From assembly GCA_966696705.1 (NCBI GenBank), contig CBKZPU010000008.1, positions 22,859-54,858 on the forward strand: a stretch of 32,000 nucleotides of DNA, given 5' to 3'. The notes beneath the pieces are model-generated. The model had not been told where the DNA came from. It did no database searches and was given only the letters and a program-made list of their open reading frames with translations. Shown here piece by piece: positions 16,299 to 25,945 of this stretch. The stretch is from an uncultured Verrucomicrobiaceae bacterium. GTDB taxonomy: Bacteria; Verrucomicrobiota; Verrucomicrobiia; Verrucomicrobiales; Akkermansiaceae. The stretch's first letter is position 1, and the number at the start of each line of letters is the position of its first letter. The position numbers and the translations under genes are program-made.

Positions 16299-19076
16299 AT
16301 GAAATCGTCGGTTTCCGCCCGCTTGAATGCGGACCTGTTGGAACAACAATACGCGCTGTGGTGCGCGGATCCACGCTCGGTCGATCCCACATGGTCGGCC
16401 TTTTTTGAAGGCTTCGAGCTCGGGGTCGCCCAGCTCAAGCCGCGAGGCGCGGATGGGGCCGCTCCGGTCGCCGCGCCCGCCGCCGCCACGACCAGCGAGA
16501 CCGACCTCGCGTTCTACGGCAAGGTCGTCAGCCTGGTGTACAATTTCCGAGCCCTCGGCCACACCCAGGCGCACATCAACCCGCTTTCCGAGCGTCCCGA
16601 GCGCAACCCGCGGCTCGATATCTCCCAATTCGGCTTCACCGAGGCGGACATGGACCGCGAGGCCTCCAACCCGCTGTTCCGTGACGGCGCGAAGATGAAG
16701 CTGCGCGACATGGTCGCCGCGCTGGAAGCCACCTACTCGGGATTCATCGGCTTCGAGTTCACGCACATCCACAACACCACCGTCCGCAACTGGGTCCGCC
16801 ACCGGATCGAAGGCCACGCGCTGCGCGGAGACGATCCCGCCGACCGCAAGGCCCGCGCGCTCGGCTGGTTGATCGAGGCGGACAGCTTCGAGAATTTCCT
16901 CGGCAAGAAGTTCCTCGGCGAGAAGCGCTTCTCGCTCGAGGGCGGCGAAGGCGCGATGGTCGTCCTCAATGCCATCCTTGAGAAATGTCCGTCCGCCGGC
17001 GTGCTGGAAATCGAGATGGGCATGGCCCACCGCGGTCGCCTGAACGTGCTCGCGAACTTCGTCCGCAAGTCGCTCACCACGATCCTTTACGAGTTCACTC
17101 CGAACTACATGCCCGACCTCGTCGCGGGTGATGGCGACGTGAAGTACCACCTCGGCTATGAGAGCATCCGCGAGCTGCCCGATGGCAAGGTCCGGGTCAG
17201 CCTCGCTGCGAACCCGAGCCACCTCGAAGCCGTCAATCCGGTGGTCGAGGGCAAGGCCCGCGCCCGCCAGCGCATCCTGGGCGACGACGGCGTGGCCACC
17301 GATCGCAAGCGCGTCCTCCCCATCTTGCTCCACGGTGACGCCGCTTTCGCCGGCCAAGGTCCAGTCGCCGAGTGCCTCAATCTTTCCCAGCTCCCGGGCT
17401 ATCGCACCGGTGGCACCATCCACCTCATCGTCAACAACCAGATCGGCTTCACCACGATGCCGGCCGATGCCCGTTCGTCCGCCTACGCGACCGACGTGGC
17501 GAAGATGATCGAGGCACCGATCCTCCATGTGAACGGCGAGGTGCCGATGGAACTCTACTGGGCCGCCCAGTTCGCCCTCGAGTTCCGCCAGCAATTCGGC
17601 CGCGACGTGGTGATCGACATGTATTGCTACCGCCGGCAGGGCCACAACGAGACCGACCAGGCCGCGTTCACCCAGCCGCACATCTACAAGCTGATCCAAG
17701 GCCGCGAGACGATCGGCCAGATTTACAAGAAGCAACTCGTCGCCCAAGGCGTGCTGACCCAGGCCGAAGCCGACAAGATCGAGCAGGACATCTGGGATCG
17801 CTTCGAGGCCGGTCACGCCAAGATGCTGGAACTCCAGGAAAAGGGCGAGCGCAGCGCCTTCAGCGGCTCCACCGCCGTCGAGCAGATGCCCTACACCCAT
17901 GCCCCGGTGCCCACCGGCATCGGCCGCGACCTGCTCCAGCACGTCGGCAAGGTCCTCACCACGGTTCCGGAAGGCTTCAACCTGCACCCGACGCTGGCCA
18001 AGCGCTTCGTTCCACGCCGTCAGGAAGCGCTGCAGAATGGCGGCCCGATCGACTGGGCCTTCGCCGAGTCGCTCGCGTGGGGTGCCCTCCTTACCGAAGG
18101 CCACCAGGTCCGCTTGTCCGGTCAAGACTGCCGTCGCGGCACCTTCTCGCACCGTCACGCGGTGTTCTACGATTCCGAGACGCGCGCCCGCTACATCCCG
18201 CTGGAGCACGTCAGCCCGACGCAGGCGAAGTTCTGCGTCTATAATTCGTTCCTCTCGGAGTTCGCCGTGCTCGGCTTCGACTACGGCTACTCGCTCGGTG
18301 CGCCGAACATGCTGACCTTGTGGGAAGCCCAGTTCGGTGACTTCTCGAACGGCGCGCAGGTCATCATCGACCAGTTCATCGCCTCCGCCGAGTCGAAGTG
18401 GCAGACGCCGTCCGACTTGGTGATGCTTTTGCCGCACGGCTACGAAGGCCAGGGGCCGGAACACTCGAGCGCCCGCCTCGAGCGCTTCCTCCAACTCTGC
18501 GCCGGGAAGAACATCATCGTCGGCAACTTCACCACGCCGGCCCAGTATTTCCACGCCCTGCGTCGCCAGAAGATGCGGCCCTTCCGCAAACCGCTCATCC
18601 TGATGACGCCGAAGAGCCTGCTGACCCGTCCGGAAGCGGTTTCGCAAGAGGCCGATTTCCTCGAAGGCTCCTGCTTCCAGGAAGTCCTGCCGGATCCGAT
18701 GCACTTCGAAGATCCGATGTCGGTCGAGCGCGTCGTCTTCTGCTCCGGCAAGGTTTACTACGATCTCGCCGCTTACCGCGAGGAGCACGGCATCAAGAAC
18801 ACCGCCATCCTCCGCGTGGAGCAGCTCTATCCCTTCCACGACGAACTGGTGGCCGCGCTGGTCGGCCAGTACGCCGCCGCGAACAAGTTCGTCTGGTGCC
18901 AGGAAGAGCCGCTCAACATGGGTGCCTGGTCCTACATCTTCCCGCGTCTCGAGAAGGTGCTCGATCGCCGCGTCCGCTACGCCGGCCGCAACCGCGCCTC
19001 CAGCCCGGCGGCCGGTTCCAAGGCCCAGCACTACAAGGAACACAAGGCCCTGCTCGAAGCCGCGTTCAACGTCTGA
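16299..19076 (+). CDS. sucA: 2-oxoglutarate dehydrogenase E1 component (925 aa)
   Basis: N-terminus ...LEQQYALWCADPRSVDPTWSAFF, ThDP-region motifs MGMAHRGRLNVLAN and HGDAAFAGQGPVAE, C-terminal WCQEEPLNMGAW. Confidence 0.96.
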   Translation: MKSSVSARLNADLLEQQYALWCADPRSVDPTWSAFFEGFELGVAQLKPRGADGAAPVAAPAAATTSETDLAFYGKVVSLVYNFRALGHTQAHINPLSERPERNPRLDISQFGFTEADMDREASNPLFRDGAKMKLRDMVAALEATYSGFIGFEFTHIHNTTVRNWVRHRIEGHALRGDDPADRKARALGWLIEADSFENFLGKKFLGEKRFSLEGGEGAMVVLNAILEKCPSAGVLEIEMGMAHRGRLNVLANFVRKSLTTILYEFTPNYMPDLVAGDGDVKYHLGYESIRELPDGKVRVSLAANPSHLEAVNPVVEGKARARQRILGDDGVATDRKRVLPILLHGDAAFAGQGPVAECLNLSQLPGYRTGGTIHLIVNNQIGFTTMPADARSSAYATDVAKMIEAPILHVNGEVPMELYWAAQFALEFRQQFGRDVVIDMYCYRRQGHNETDQAAFTQPHIYKLIQGRETIGQIYKKQLVAQGVLTQAEADKIEQDIWDRFEAGHAKMLELQEKGERSAFSGSTAVEQMPYTHAPVPTGIGRDLLQHVGKVLTTVPEGFNLHPTLAKRFVPRRQEALQNGGPIDWAFAESLAWGALLTEGHQVRLSGQDCRRGTFSHRHAVFYDSETRARYIPLEHVSPTQAKFCVYNSFLSEFAVLGFDYGYSLGAPNMLTLWEAQFGDFSNGAQVIIDQFIASAESKWQTPSDLVMLLPHGYEGQGPEHSSARLERFLQLCAGKNIIVGNFTTPAQYFHALRRQKMRPFRKPLILMTPKSLLTRPEAVSQEADFLEGSCFQEVLPDPMHFEDPMSVERVVFCSGKVYYDLAAYREEHGIKNTAILRVEQLYPFHDELVAALVGQYAAANKFVWCQEEPLNMGAWSYIFPRLEKVLDRRVRYAGRNRASSPAAGSKAQHYKEHKALLEAAFNV

Positions 19077-19162
19077 GATGGAAAGGGGCGGATGGCAGGT
19101 GAAATGCTGCCCGCCTTTCCTCGTCCTATCCGATTTCTTTTTCCTCACTAAAGCCTTCCCCG

Positions 19163-20629
<1,467 letters not shown>

Positions 20630-20671
20630 ACTAAGGTTCCCCAGCGTTAATTCCGCTTTCTAACCCAAAGG

Positions 20672-20697
20672 TGCCCGGCTTTCACGCCGGGCATTTT
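20672..20697 (+). terminator. Rho-independent terminator of sucAB
   Basis: TGCCCGGC (20672-20679), loop TTTCAC, GCCGGGCA (20686-20693), followed by TTTT. It lies 43 nt after the sucB stop. Confidence 0.8.
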
Positions 20698-20822
20698 GGC
20701 AAAGCACGCCTCGGAGTCTTCGGGCGATACCTGCGGCTTCGGCTTGCCAATTGGGAGTCGTTTTCGAGGATCATCGTTGTGGTGGCGGAAGTGCGTCGCC
20801 GTTAGATCAACTCCTTCGATCC

Positions 20823-21848
20823 ATGTTCGGCATTCGCTTCATCAAGATTCCTCCGACGACTCATGTCATCCAGTATCGTGGCGGCCAAGTGGTGAGAGAA
20901 GGGGCGGGGATTTCCTTTTACTACTACTCGCCTACGACGTCGCTCGTAGCCGTGCCGGTAGGCAGCACGGACGTGCCGTTCATTTTCGAGGAGCAGACGG
21001 CGGACTATCAGACGGTAAGCCTTCAAGGACAGATCACCTACCGGGTTGCCGATCCCAGAAAGTTGGCGACGCTGATGGATTTCACGCTGGCTCCGCACGG
21101 CCGGGGCTATGCTTCGGAGGATCCGGAGAAGCTTCCGCAGCGGGTAGTCAATTTGGTCCACGTGCTGGCTCGGGCGGAGATCGAGAAGCTGCCCTTGCGG
21201 CAGGCACTGCGCGCGTCCGAGCCGCTGGTGGCGGCAATCCGTGGAGAGCTCGGCAGGTCGGCGGAGCTATCCGCGCTGGGGCTGGAGGTGCTGGGCCTTT
21301 CGCTGCTGGCGATCAAGCCGACGCCGGAAACCGCGCGCGCACTGGAGGCGGAGACCCGCGAGCTCTTGCTGCGCGGGGCCGACGAGGCGATCTACGCGCG
21401 GCGCAATGCAGCGGTGGAACAGGAGCGAGCCATCAAGGAAAATGAACTGAACACCGAGATCGCGGTCGAGAACAAGAAGCGCCAGATCCGCGAGACGCAG
21501 ATGGATGCGGAGCGGGCGGTGCAGGACAAGCAGGCGCAGCTCGAGCGGGCGATGCTGGAAAGCAACATCGGCTTGGAGGAGGAGCGAAAGAAGCTGGTCA
21601 CCTTGGCCGCGGAGAATTCGCGATCGGAGTCCGACACCCGCGCCTATGGGATCGCGGCGACGATGAAGGCGCTGGCGAGTGCGGACGCATCGGTGCTGCA
21701 GGCGCTGGCGACCAGCGGGATGAAGCCGGAGCAGTTGATCGCCTTCGCCTTCCAAGAGCTCGCGGGGCAAGCGGACAAGATCGGCCAGCTTAACATTTCC
21801 CCCGACTTGCTGCGGGAACTGCTCGATAAGCCAGCGCGGGCGAAATGA
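20823..21848 (+). CDS. SPFH/band-7 domain protein without an N-terminal TM segment, with a long C-terminal coiled-coil-like region
   Basis: Starts at ATG 20823 (MFGIRFIKIPPTTHVIQYRGG...); the track ORF begins at TTG 20751. The SPFH-like core is followed by an E/R/K/A/Q-rich stretch (...NAAVEQERAIKENELNTEIAVENKKRQIRETQMDAERAVQDKQAQLERAMLE...). No hydrophobic anchor is visible. Confidence 0.8.
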   Translation: MFGIRFIKIPPTTHVIQYRGGQVVREGAGISFYYYSPTTSLVAVPVGSTDVPFIFEEQTADYQTVSLQGQITYRVADPRKLATLMDFTLAPHGRGYASEDPEKLPQRVVNLVHVLARAEIEKLPLRQALRASEPLVAAIRGELGRSAELSALGLEVLGLSLLAIKPTPETARALEAETRELLLRGADEAIYARRNAAVEQERAIKENELNTEIAVENKKRQIRETQMDAERAVQDKQAQLERAMLESNIGLEEERKKLVTLAAENSRSESDTRAYGIAATMKALASADASVLQALATSGMKPEQLIAFAFQELAGQADKIGQLNISPDLLRELLDKPARAK

Positions 21849-22783
21849 ACCGGCTGACGGAAACGAAGCTCATCCTCGTCGTCCGGGCGACCCGTCTGGC
21901 GGACCTGAAGGCGCGCTTCGCCACCAAATCGCAGGCCAAGTTCTATGTCACCCGCTTGGGTGGGGACTTCGGGGACTACGAGCGGGAGGACGCGGACTAC
22001 CAAACGTCGATCATGCGGGCCCAGCAGGTGCTCGGCGCGCTTGGGCGGGTGCAAGTGGTGCAGCGTGCATTTCTGCCGAATTTCGTCTTCGGCCCGGAGG
22101 ATATCGTGGTGACCCTTGGCCAAGACGGGCTGGTGGCAAACACCTTGAAGTACCTCGATGGCCAACCATTGGTCGGCGTCAATCCGGACCCGAAGCGCTG
22201 GGACGGCCAGTTGCTGCCGTTTCGGGTGGAGGACCTCGAGAAAGTAACCCGCGAGGTGCTGCGCAAGGCAAGATCTCATCGCGAGGTGACCATGGCAGAG
22301 GCGAAGTTGAACACGGGCTTGAGCTTGTGCGCGGTGAATGATCTCTTCATCGGCATGAAGTCGCACGGCTCCGCGCGCTATCGCATCGCCTTGGGAAAGG
22401 ATGCCGAAAACCATTCATCGAGCGGAGTGATTGTCTCGACCGGGTTGGGATCGACCGGTTGGTTCAAGAGCCTAATGACCGGTGCGGCGGCGGTGGCAGC
22501 GGCATCGGGACAGGCCCGCGATGCGGTGCCGCGAGAGACGGCCTTTCCGTGGGAGTCGGAGCATTTGTTTTTCACGGTGCGCGAGCCGTTTCCCAGCCAG
22601 ACTACCGGCGCGTCGCTGGTGTTCGGAAAGGTGACCTCCCGGCAACCACTGGTGATCGAGTCGCGGATGGGTGATGGTGGGGTGATCTTCAGCGACGGGA
22701 TCGAGCAGGATTTTCTCGAGTTCAATTCCGGCTCGAAGGCGACCATTGGCCTTGCTCAGCGACGGGGACGGCTGGTTGTGTGA
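21845..22783 (+). CDS. NAD-kinase-fold (NADK/DAGK superfamily) protein with a divergent GQDG motif
   Basis: ATG 21845 overlaps the SPFH stop as ATGA. Motifs: VVTLGQDGLVAN (GGDG-type loop, 22118-22129), NDLFI, and SSGVIVSTGLGSTGW (22415-22462, resembling the NADK IVSTPTGSTAY motif). 312 aa. Confidence 0.75.
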   Translation: MNRLTETKLILVVRATRLADLKARFATKSQAKFYVTRLGGDFGDYEREDADYQTSIMRAQQVLGALGRVQVVQRAFLPNFVFGPEDIVVTLGQDGLVANTLKYLDGQPLVGVNPDPKRWDGQLLPFRVEDLEKVTREVLRKARSHREVTMAEAKLNTGLSLCAVNDLFIGMKSHGSARYRIALGKDAENHSSSGVIVSTGLGSTGWFKSLMTGAAAVAAASGQARDAVPRETAFPWESEHLFFTVREPFPSQTTGASLVFGKVTSRQPLVIESRMGDGGVIFSDGIEQDFLEFNSGSKATIGLAQRRGRLVV

Positions 22784-22805
22784 GCTGTGTGGACTGCGAC
22801 AGCTA

Positions 22806-23093
22806 TCAGCCATAGAGCGGCTGATCGGGCGACAGGCGCATGCCCAAGTGCCGGCGCAGGTCGTCTTCAAGACGGTTCAACATCGCGAGGGTGGGGCGGG
22901 AAGAATTGCCGGACGAGCCCGAGGGCAGCATCGCCTCGCCGGGTGAGGCCGTGATGTTGAGGACGCAAAGGTCCGAGGGACTCAGCAGCCACTCGATCTG
23001 CGGGGCGATCCCCGATCTCCACTGCCGGGCGAAATCGGCGGCGGCATCGTGTTTCTCGCCGACGAGGATCCGCGAATTCAGCACCACGTTCAT
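22806..23093 (-). CDS. Small hypothetical protein (95 aa), unknown family
   Basis: ATG 23091-23093. GC3 is about 85% by hand count, typical of host genes. The sequence is MNVVLNSRILVGEKHDAAADFARQW...RLEDDLRRHLGMRLSPDQPLYG. The longer track ORF (to 23435) has an implausible R/S-rich N-terminal part. Confidence 0.4.
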   Translation of the reverse strand: MNVVLNSRILVGEKHDAAADFARQWRSGIAPQIEWLLSPSDLCVLNITASPGEAMLPSGSSGNSSRPTLAMLNRLEDDLRRHLGMRLSPDQPLYG

Positions 23094-23491
23094 GTTGGGA
23101 ATATCACTCGCGACGCTGCGGTTGCAAACAAGCGTTCGGCGCTTGCGACGGAGTGCCGGATGCCAGTGCGAATCGCACCTTGGAAGTGCAAGCTGAGTCG
23201 TTTCGGGGGCCGAGCGGTCGCCGGATGTTTGGTGTAACGAGCGAAATTCCGGCCCGCTACTTCTGGCGCGTCGGCTGCAATGAAGAGAGGTGCATTGAAC
23301 AATTGCGGCGGGCTCTGGCTGGTGACGGTGCCGGAGCCCGTCGCCCAAATCCCCCAATCCTGCCATGGATAACCCAATCCCACTGCTCCTGAAGAGGAAC
23401 TCGCGGAATGGAAGACGCGTGCGTTGATCTTCCAACTAAGGACCGATTTTCCCGATGCCCGTGAAGACCTCTTGGCCAGGCACTGCGGCAA
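23090..23491 (-). CDS. Questionable small ORF (up to 133 aa) ATGA-coupled to the downstream 95-aa ORF; could be a gene remnant
   Basis: Its stop TGA (23090-23092) overlaps ATG 23091-23093 of the next ORF. There is no in-frame ATG (TTG at 23491 or GTG at 23383). GC3 is only about 60% and the local GC is 55-63%. The peptide ...GYPWQDWGIWATGSGTVTSQSPPQLFNAPLFIAADAPE... matches nothing I recognise. Confidence 0.2.
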   Translation of the reverse strand: MPQCLAKRSSRASGKSVLSWKINARVFHSASSSSGAVGLGYPWQDWGIWATGSGTVTSQSPPQLFNAPLFIAADAPEVAGRNFARYTKHPATARPPKRLSLHFQGAIRTGIRHSVASAERLFATAASRVIFPT

Positions 23492-23729
23492 GCGGCTGCG
23501 CTGCTGAGGCCCGGGATGAACCTTGTGGCCCTGTTCGCTTCGGCCTCCCTGCTGGTGCGGGGTTCATCGTGACAGGCTTTCGATCGCAGAAGCGACTCCA
23601 CCCCCACACGCTGGCGGCGTCCCGTTGACTCTCGCACAGGGGTGCCGCCAGCGCTGTCGGCGGGGGCGTTGACGGGGTCGCTCGGACGGACGAACGATCC
23701 ATGGCATGCGAATTGCGATTTGTTAGGAC

Positions 23730-25370
23730 ATGAAGATCGCACCGGCAAACCTGAGACGCTACAAGGACGTGGCGTGGCTTTTGATGAAATATGGAGGACG
23801 CGTGGTCTCCGCGGAGGCGAGCTTCTCCGAGGTGTTCGATGGCGATGCCCCCGAGGCTGCGGAAGATGCGACGATACTGGCGAACGATCTGGAGCGCCTG
23901 GGGCCCGCCTTCGTGAAGATCGGACAGCTGCTTTCGACGCGGGCGGATCTGCTCCCGCCGCCGTTTCTGGACGCGCTTAGCCGCCTGCAAGATCAGGTGG
24001 AGCCAGTTCCCGCCGGGCAGATCAAGGCGGTGATCGAGGAAGAACTGGGGGTACGGATTTCGAAGGCATTCGTGGAGTTCGACGACAAGCCTTTGGCGGC
24101 GGCGTCGCTGGGACAGGTCCACGTCGCGGTGCTGCGTGGCGGCAGGCAAGTGGCGGTAAAGGTCCAGCGGCCCGAGATCCGGCAGGAGATCGCCGCCGAC
24201 TTGGACAGCTTGGAAGAGATCGCCGGCTTCCTCGAAGCACATACCGCCTTCGGGCGGAAGTATGAGTTGGCGCGCTTGGTGGAGCAGTTCCGCGCCAGCC
24301 TGTTCCGTGAACTGGATTACCTGCGCGAAGCCGCGAACTTGGAAGAACTGCGGCGCAATCTCGCAGGTTTCCCGCGACTGGTGGTGCCGGAGGTGGTGGC
24401 GGATTACTCGACGGGCCGGGTGCTCACCATGGACTACCTGCCGGGCGCGAAGATCACGTCGCTATCCGGCGCGGTGATGACCGATCTGGATGGCAGCGTG
24501 CTTGCGGAAGAACTCTTCAATGCCTATCTGAAGCAGATTCTGGTCGATGGCTTCTTTCATGCCGATCCCCATCCGGGCAACCTGCTGCTTACCCACGATC
24601 GGAAGATTGCGATCCTCGATCTGGGCATGACCGGCCGGATCCAGCAACGCATGAGGGATCAACTGGTCCATCTGCTCGCCGGCATCAGCGAGGGGAACGG
24701 CGTGCAAACGGCGGAGGCAGCCATGAGCATCGCCGAGGCCAGGGAAGAGTCCATTGACCGGGCCGGCTTCACGAATGCCGTGGAGGAAATCGTCGGCGCG
24801 GCGAAGTCGAGGAACCTGGCCGACATCGACATGGGAACCATCGTCCTGCAAGTAACCCGCGCCTCGGCCGAAGCCGGCCTGAGGATTCCCCAGGAGATGA
24901 GCATGATGGGCAAGGCGCTGTTGAATCTCGACCGCGTGGGCACCGTTCTCAGTCCCGGATTCGATCCCCAGCAGTCGATCCGCCGAAACCTCGCCGGCAT
25001 CAGCCAGGCCCGGATCCGGGAAACGCTGACCTCCGCGAACCTGATGGGGATGCTGACCGAGGCGAAGCAATTCGTGGGTCAGCTCCCTTTGCGGCTGAAC
25101 CGGATTTTCGACCTCATTGCCGACAACAAGCTGAAGTTGACCGTCGATTCCCTCGACGAGAAGGGGCTGATCCAAGGACTGCAAAAGGTGGCCAATCGCA
25201 TCACGACGGGCTTGATCCTGGCGGCCTTGATTGTGGGCAGCGCGATGCTTGCGCGCGTGGATACGAGCTTTCGTCTCTTCGGCTATCCGGGCTTCGCCAT
25301 CGTGCTCTTCCTCGTTGCGGCAGCGGGCGCGCTGGTGCTCTTCTTCCAGATCCTCGTCAAAGACCGCTGA
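23730..25370 (+). CDS. ABC1/UbiB-family atypical kinase with two C-terminal TM helices
   Basis: LGPAFVKIGQLLSTRADLLPPPF, AAASLGQVH...VAVKVQRP, HADPHPGNLL, LDLGMTG. C-terminal hydrophobic segments GLILAALIVGSAML and FAIVLFLVAAAGALVLFF. Confidence 0.92.
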   Translation: MKIAPANLRRYKDVAWLLMKYGGRVVSAEASFSEVFDGDAPEAAEDATILANDLERLGPAFVKIGQLLSTRADLLPPPFLDALSRLQDQVEPVPAGQIKAVIEEELGVRISKAFVEFDDKPLAAASLGQVHVAVLRGGRQVAVKVQRPEIRQEIAADLDSLEEIAGFLEAHTAFGRKYELARLVEQFRASLFRELDYLREAANLEELRRNLAGFPRLVVPEVVADYSTGRVLTMDYLPGAKITSLSGAVMTDLDGSVLAEELFNAYLKQILVDGFFHADPHPGNLLLTHDRKIAILDLGMTGRIQQRMRDQLVHLLAGISEGNGVQTAEAAMSIAEAREESIDRAGFTNAVEEIVGAAKSRNLADIDMGTIVLQVTRASAEAGLRIPQEMSMMGKALLNLDRVGTVLSPGFDPQQSIRRNLAGISQARIRETLTSANLMGMLTEAKQFVGQLPLRLNRIFDLIADNKLKLTVDSLDEKGLIQGLQKVANRITTGLILAALIVGSAMLARVDTSFRLFGYPGFAIVLFLVAAAGALVLFFQILVKDR

Positions 25371-25371
25371 C

Positions 25372-25941
25372 ATGTCGCGGCTGCCACCTCACTCCGCATT
25401 GCTGTTGATCGATGTCATCAACGACTTCGAGTTTCCCGCTAGCGAGCGGCTGCTTCGCCATGCGATTCCCGCGGCACGGCGGCTGGCCCGGTTGAAACAT
25501 GTCGCGAAGGAAGCCGGGGTGCCGGTCATCTACGTGAACGACAACTTCGGCCGGTGGCAATCGACCTTCCAGGAGCAGATCGCGCGCTGCAGCGCTGCCG
25601 ATTGCCCGGGGCATCCGGTGGCCAGTTTGCTCCCGCCGGAAAAGGACGACTACTTCGTGCTGAAACCCCGGCACTCCGGCTTCTACTCGACTTCCTTGGA
25701 AGTGCTTTTGGGTTTCCTCAAGATCCGCACGCTCCTGCTCACGGGCTTCGCCGGCGACATCTGCGTGCTCTACACGGCGAACGACGCCTACATGCGCTCA
25801 TTTGAACTGATCGTGGTGCACGATTGCGTGGCTTCGGAAAACGAGGCGGGCAACCGGGCGGCCCTCGAACACATGAAGACACGGCTGAAGGCCCGCTCCT
25901 TGTCCTCACGGACCTTGGCGGGGTACTTGAAATCCGGGTGA
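25372..25941 (+). CDS. Isochorismatase-family cysteine hydrolase (189 aa)
   Basis: Start ATG 25372, one nt after the UbiB stop. Catalytic-triad contexts are LLIDVINDF (Asp), VLKPRHSGF (Lys) and GFAGDICV (Cys). Confidence 0.88.
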   Translation: MSRLPPHSALLLIDVINDFEFPASERLLRHAIPAARRLARLKHVAKEAGVPVIYVNDNFGRWQSTFQEQIARCSAADCPGHPVASLLPPEKDDYFVLKPRHSGFYSTSLEVLLGFLKIRTLLLTGFAGDICVLYTANDAYMRSFELIVVHDCVASENEAGNRAALEHMKTRLKARSLSSRTLAGYLKSG

Positions 25942-25945
25942 CGGG

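Noticed and set aside
16290-19148. 952-aa minus-strand ORF antisense to sucA
   Set aside because: This is a shadow ORF. The sucA frame carries all E1o signatures, while the antisense product is G/A/L/R/E/V-rich without motifs.
22783-22804. 6-bp hairpin AGCTGT/ACAGCT between the convergent NADK-like gene and the 95-aa ORF
   Set aside because: The stem is too short and AT/GC-mixed, the loop is 10 nt, and there is no U-tract. It is not convincing as a terminator.
23436-24242. 268-aa minus-strand ORF overlapping the UbiB 5' region (and the 23257..23748 ORF)
   Set aside because: It is antisense to a motif-perfect UbiB N-terminus, its composition is R/Q/P-rich, and no family resemblance is visible.
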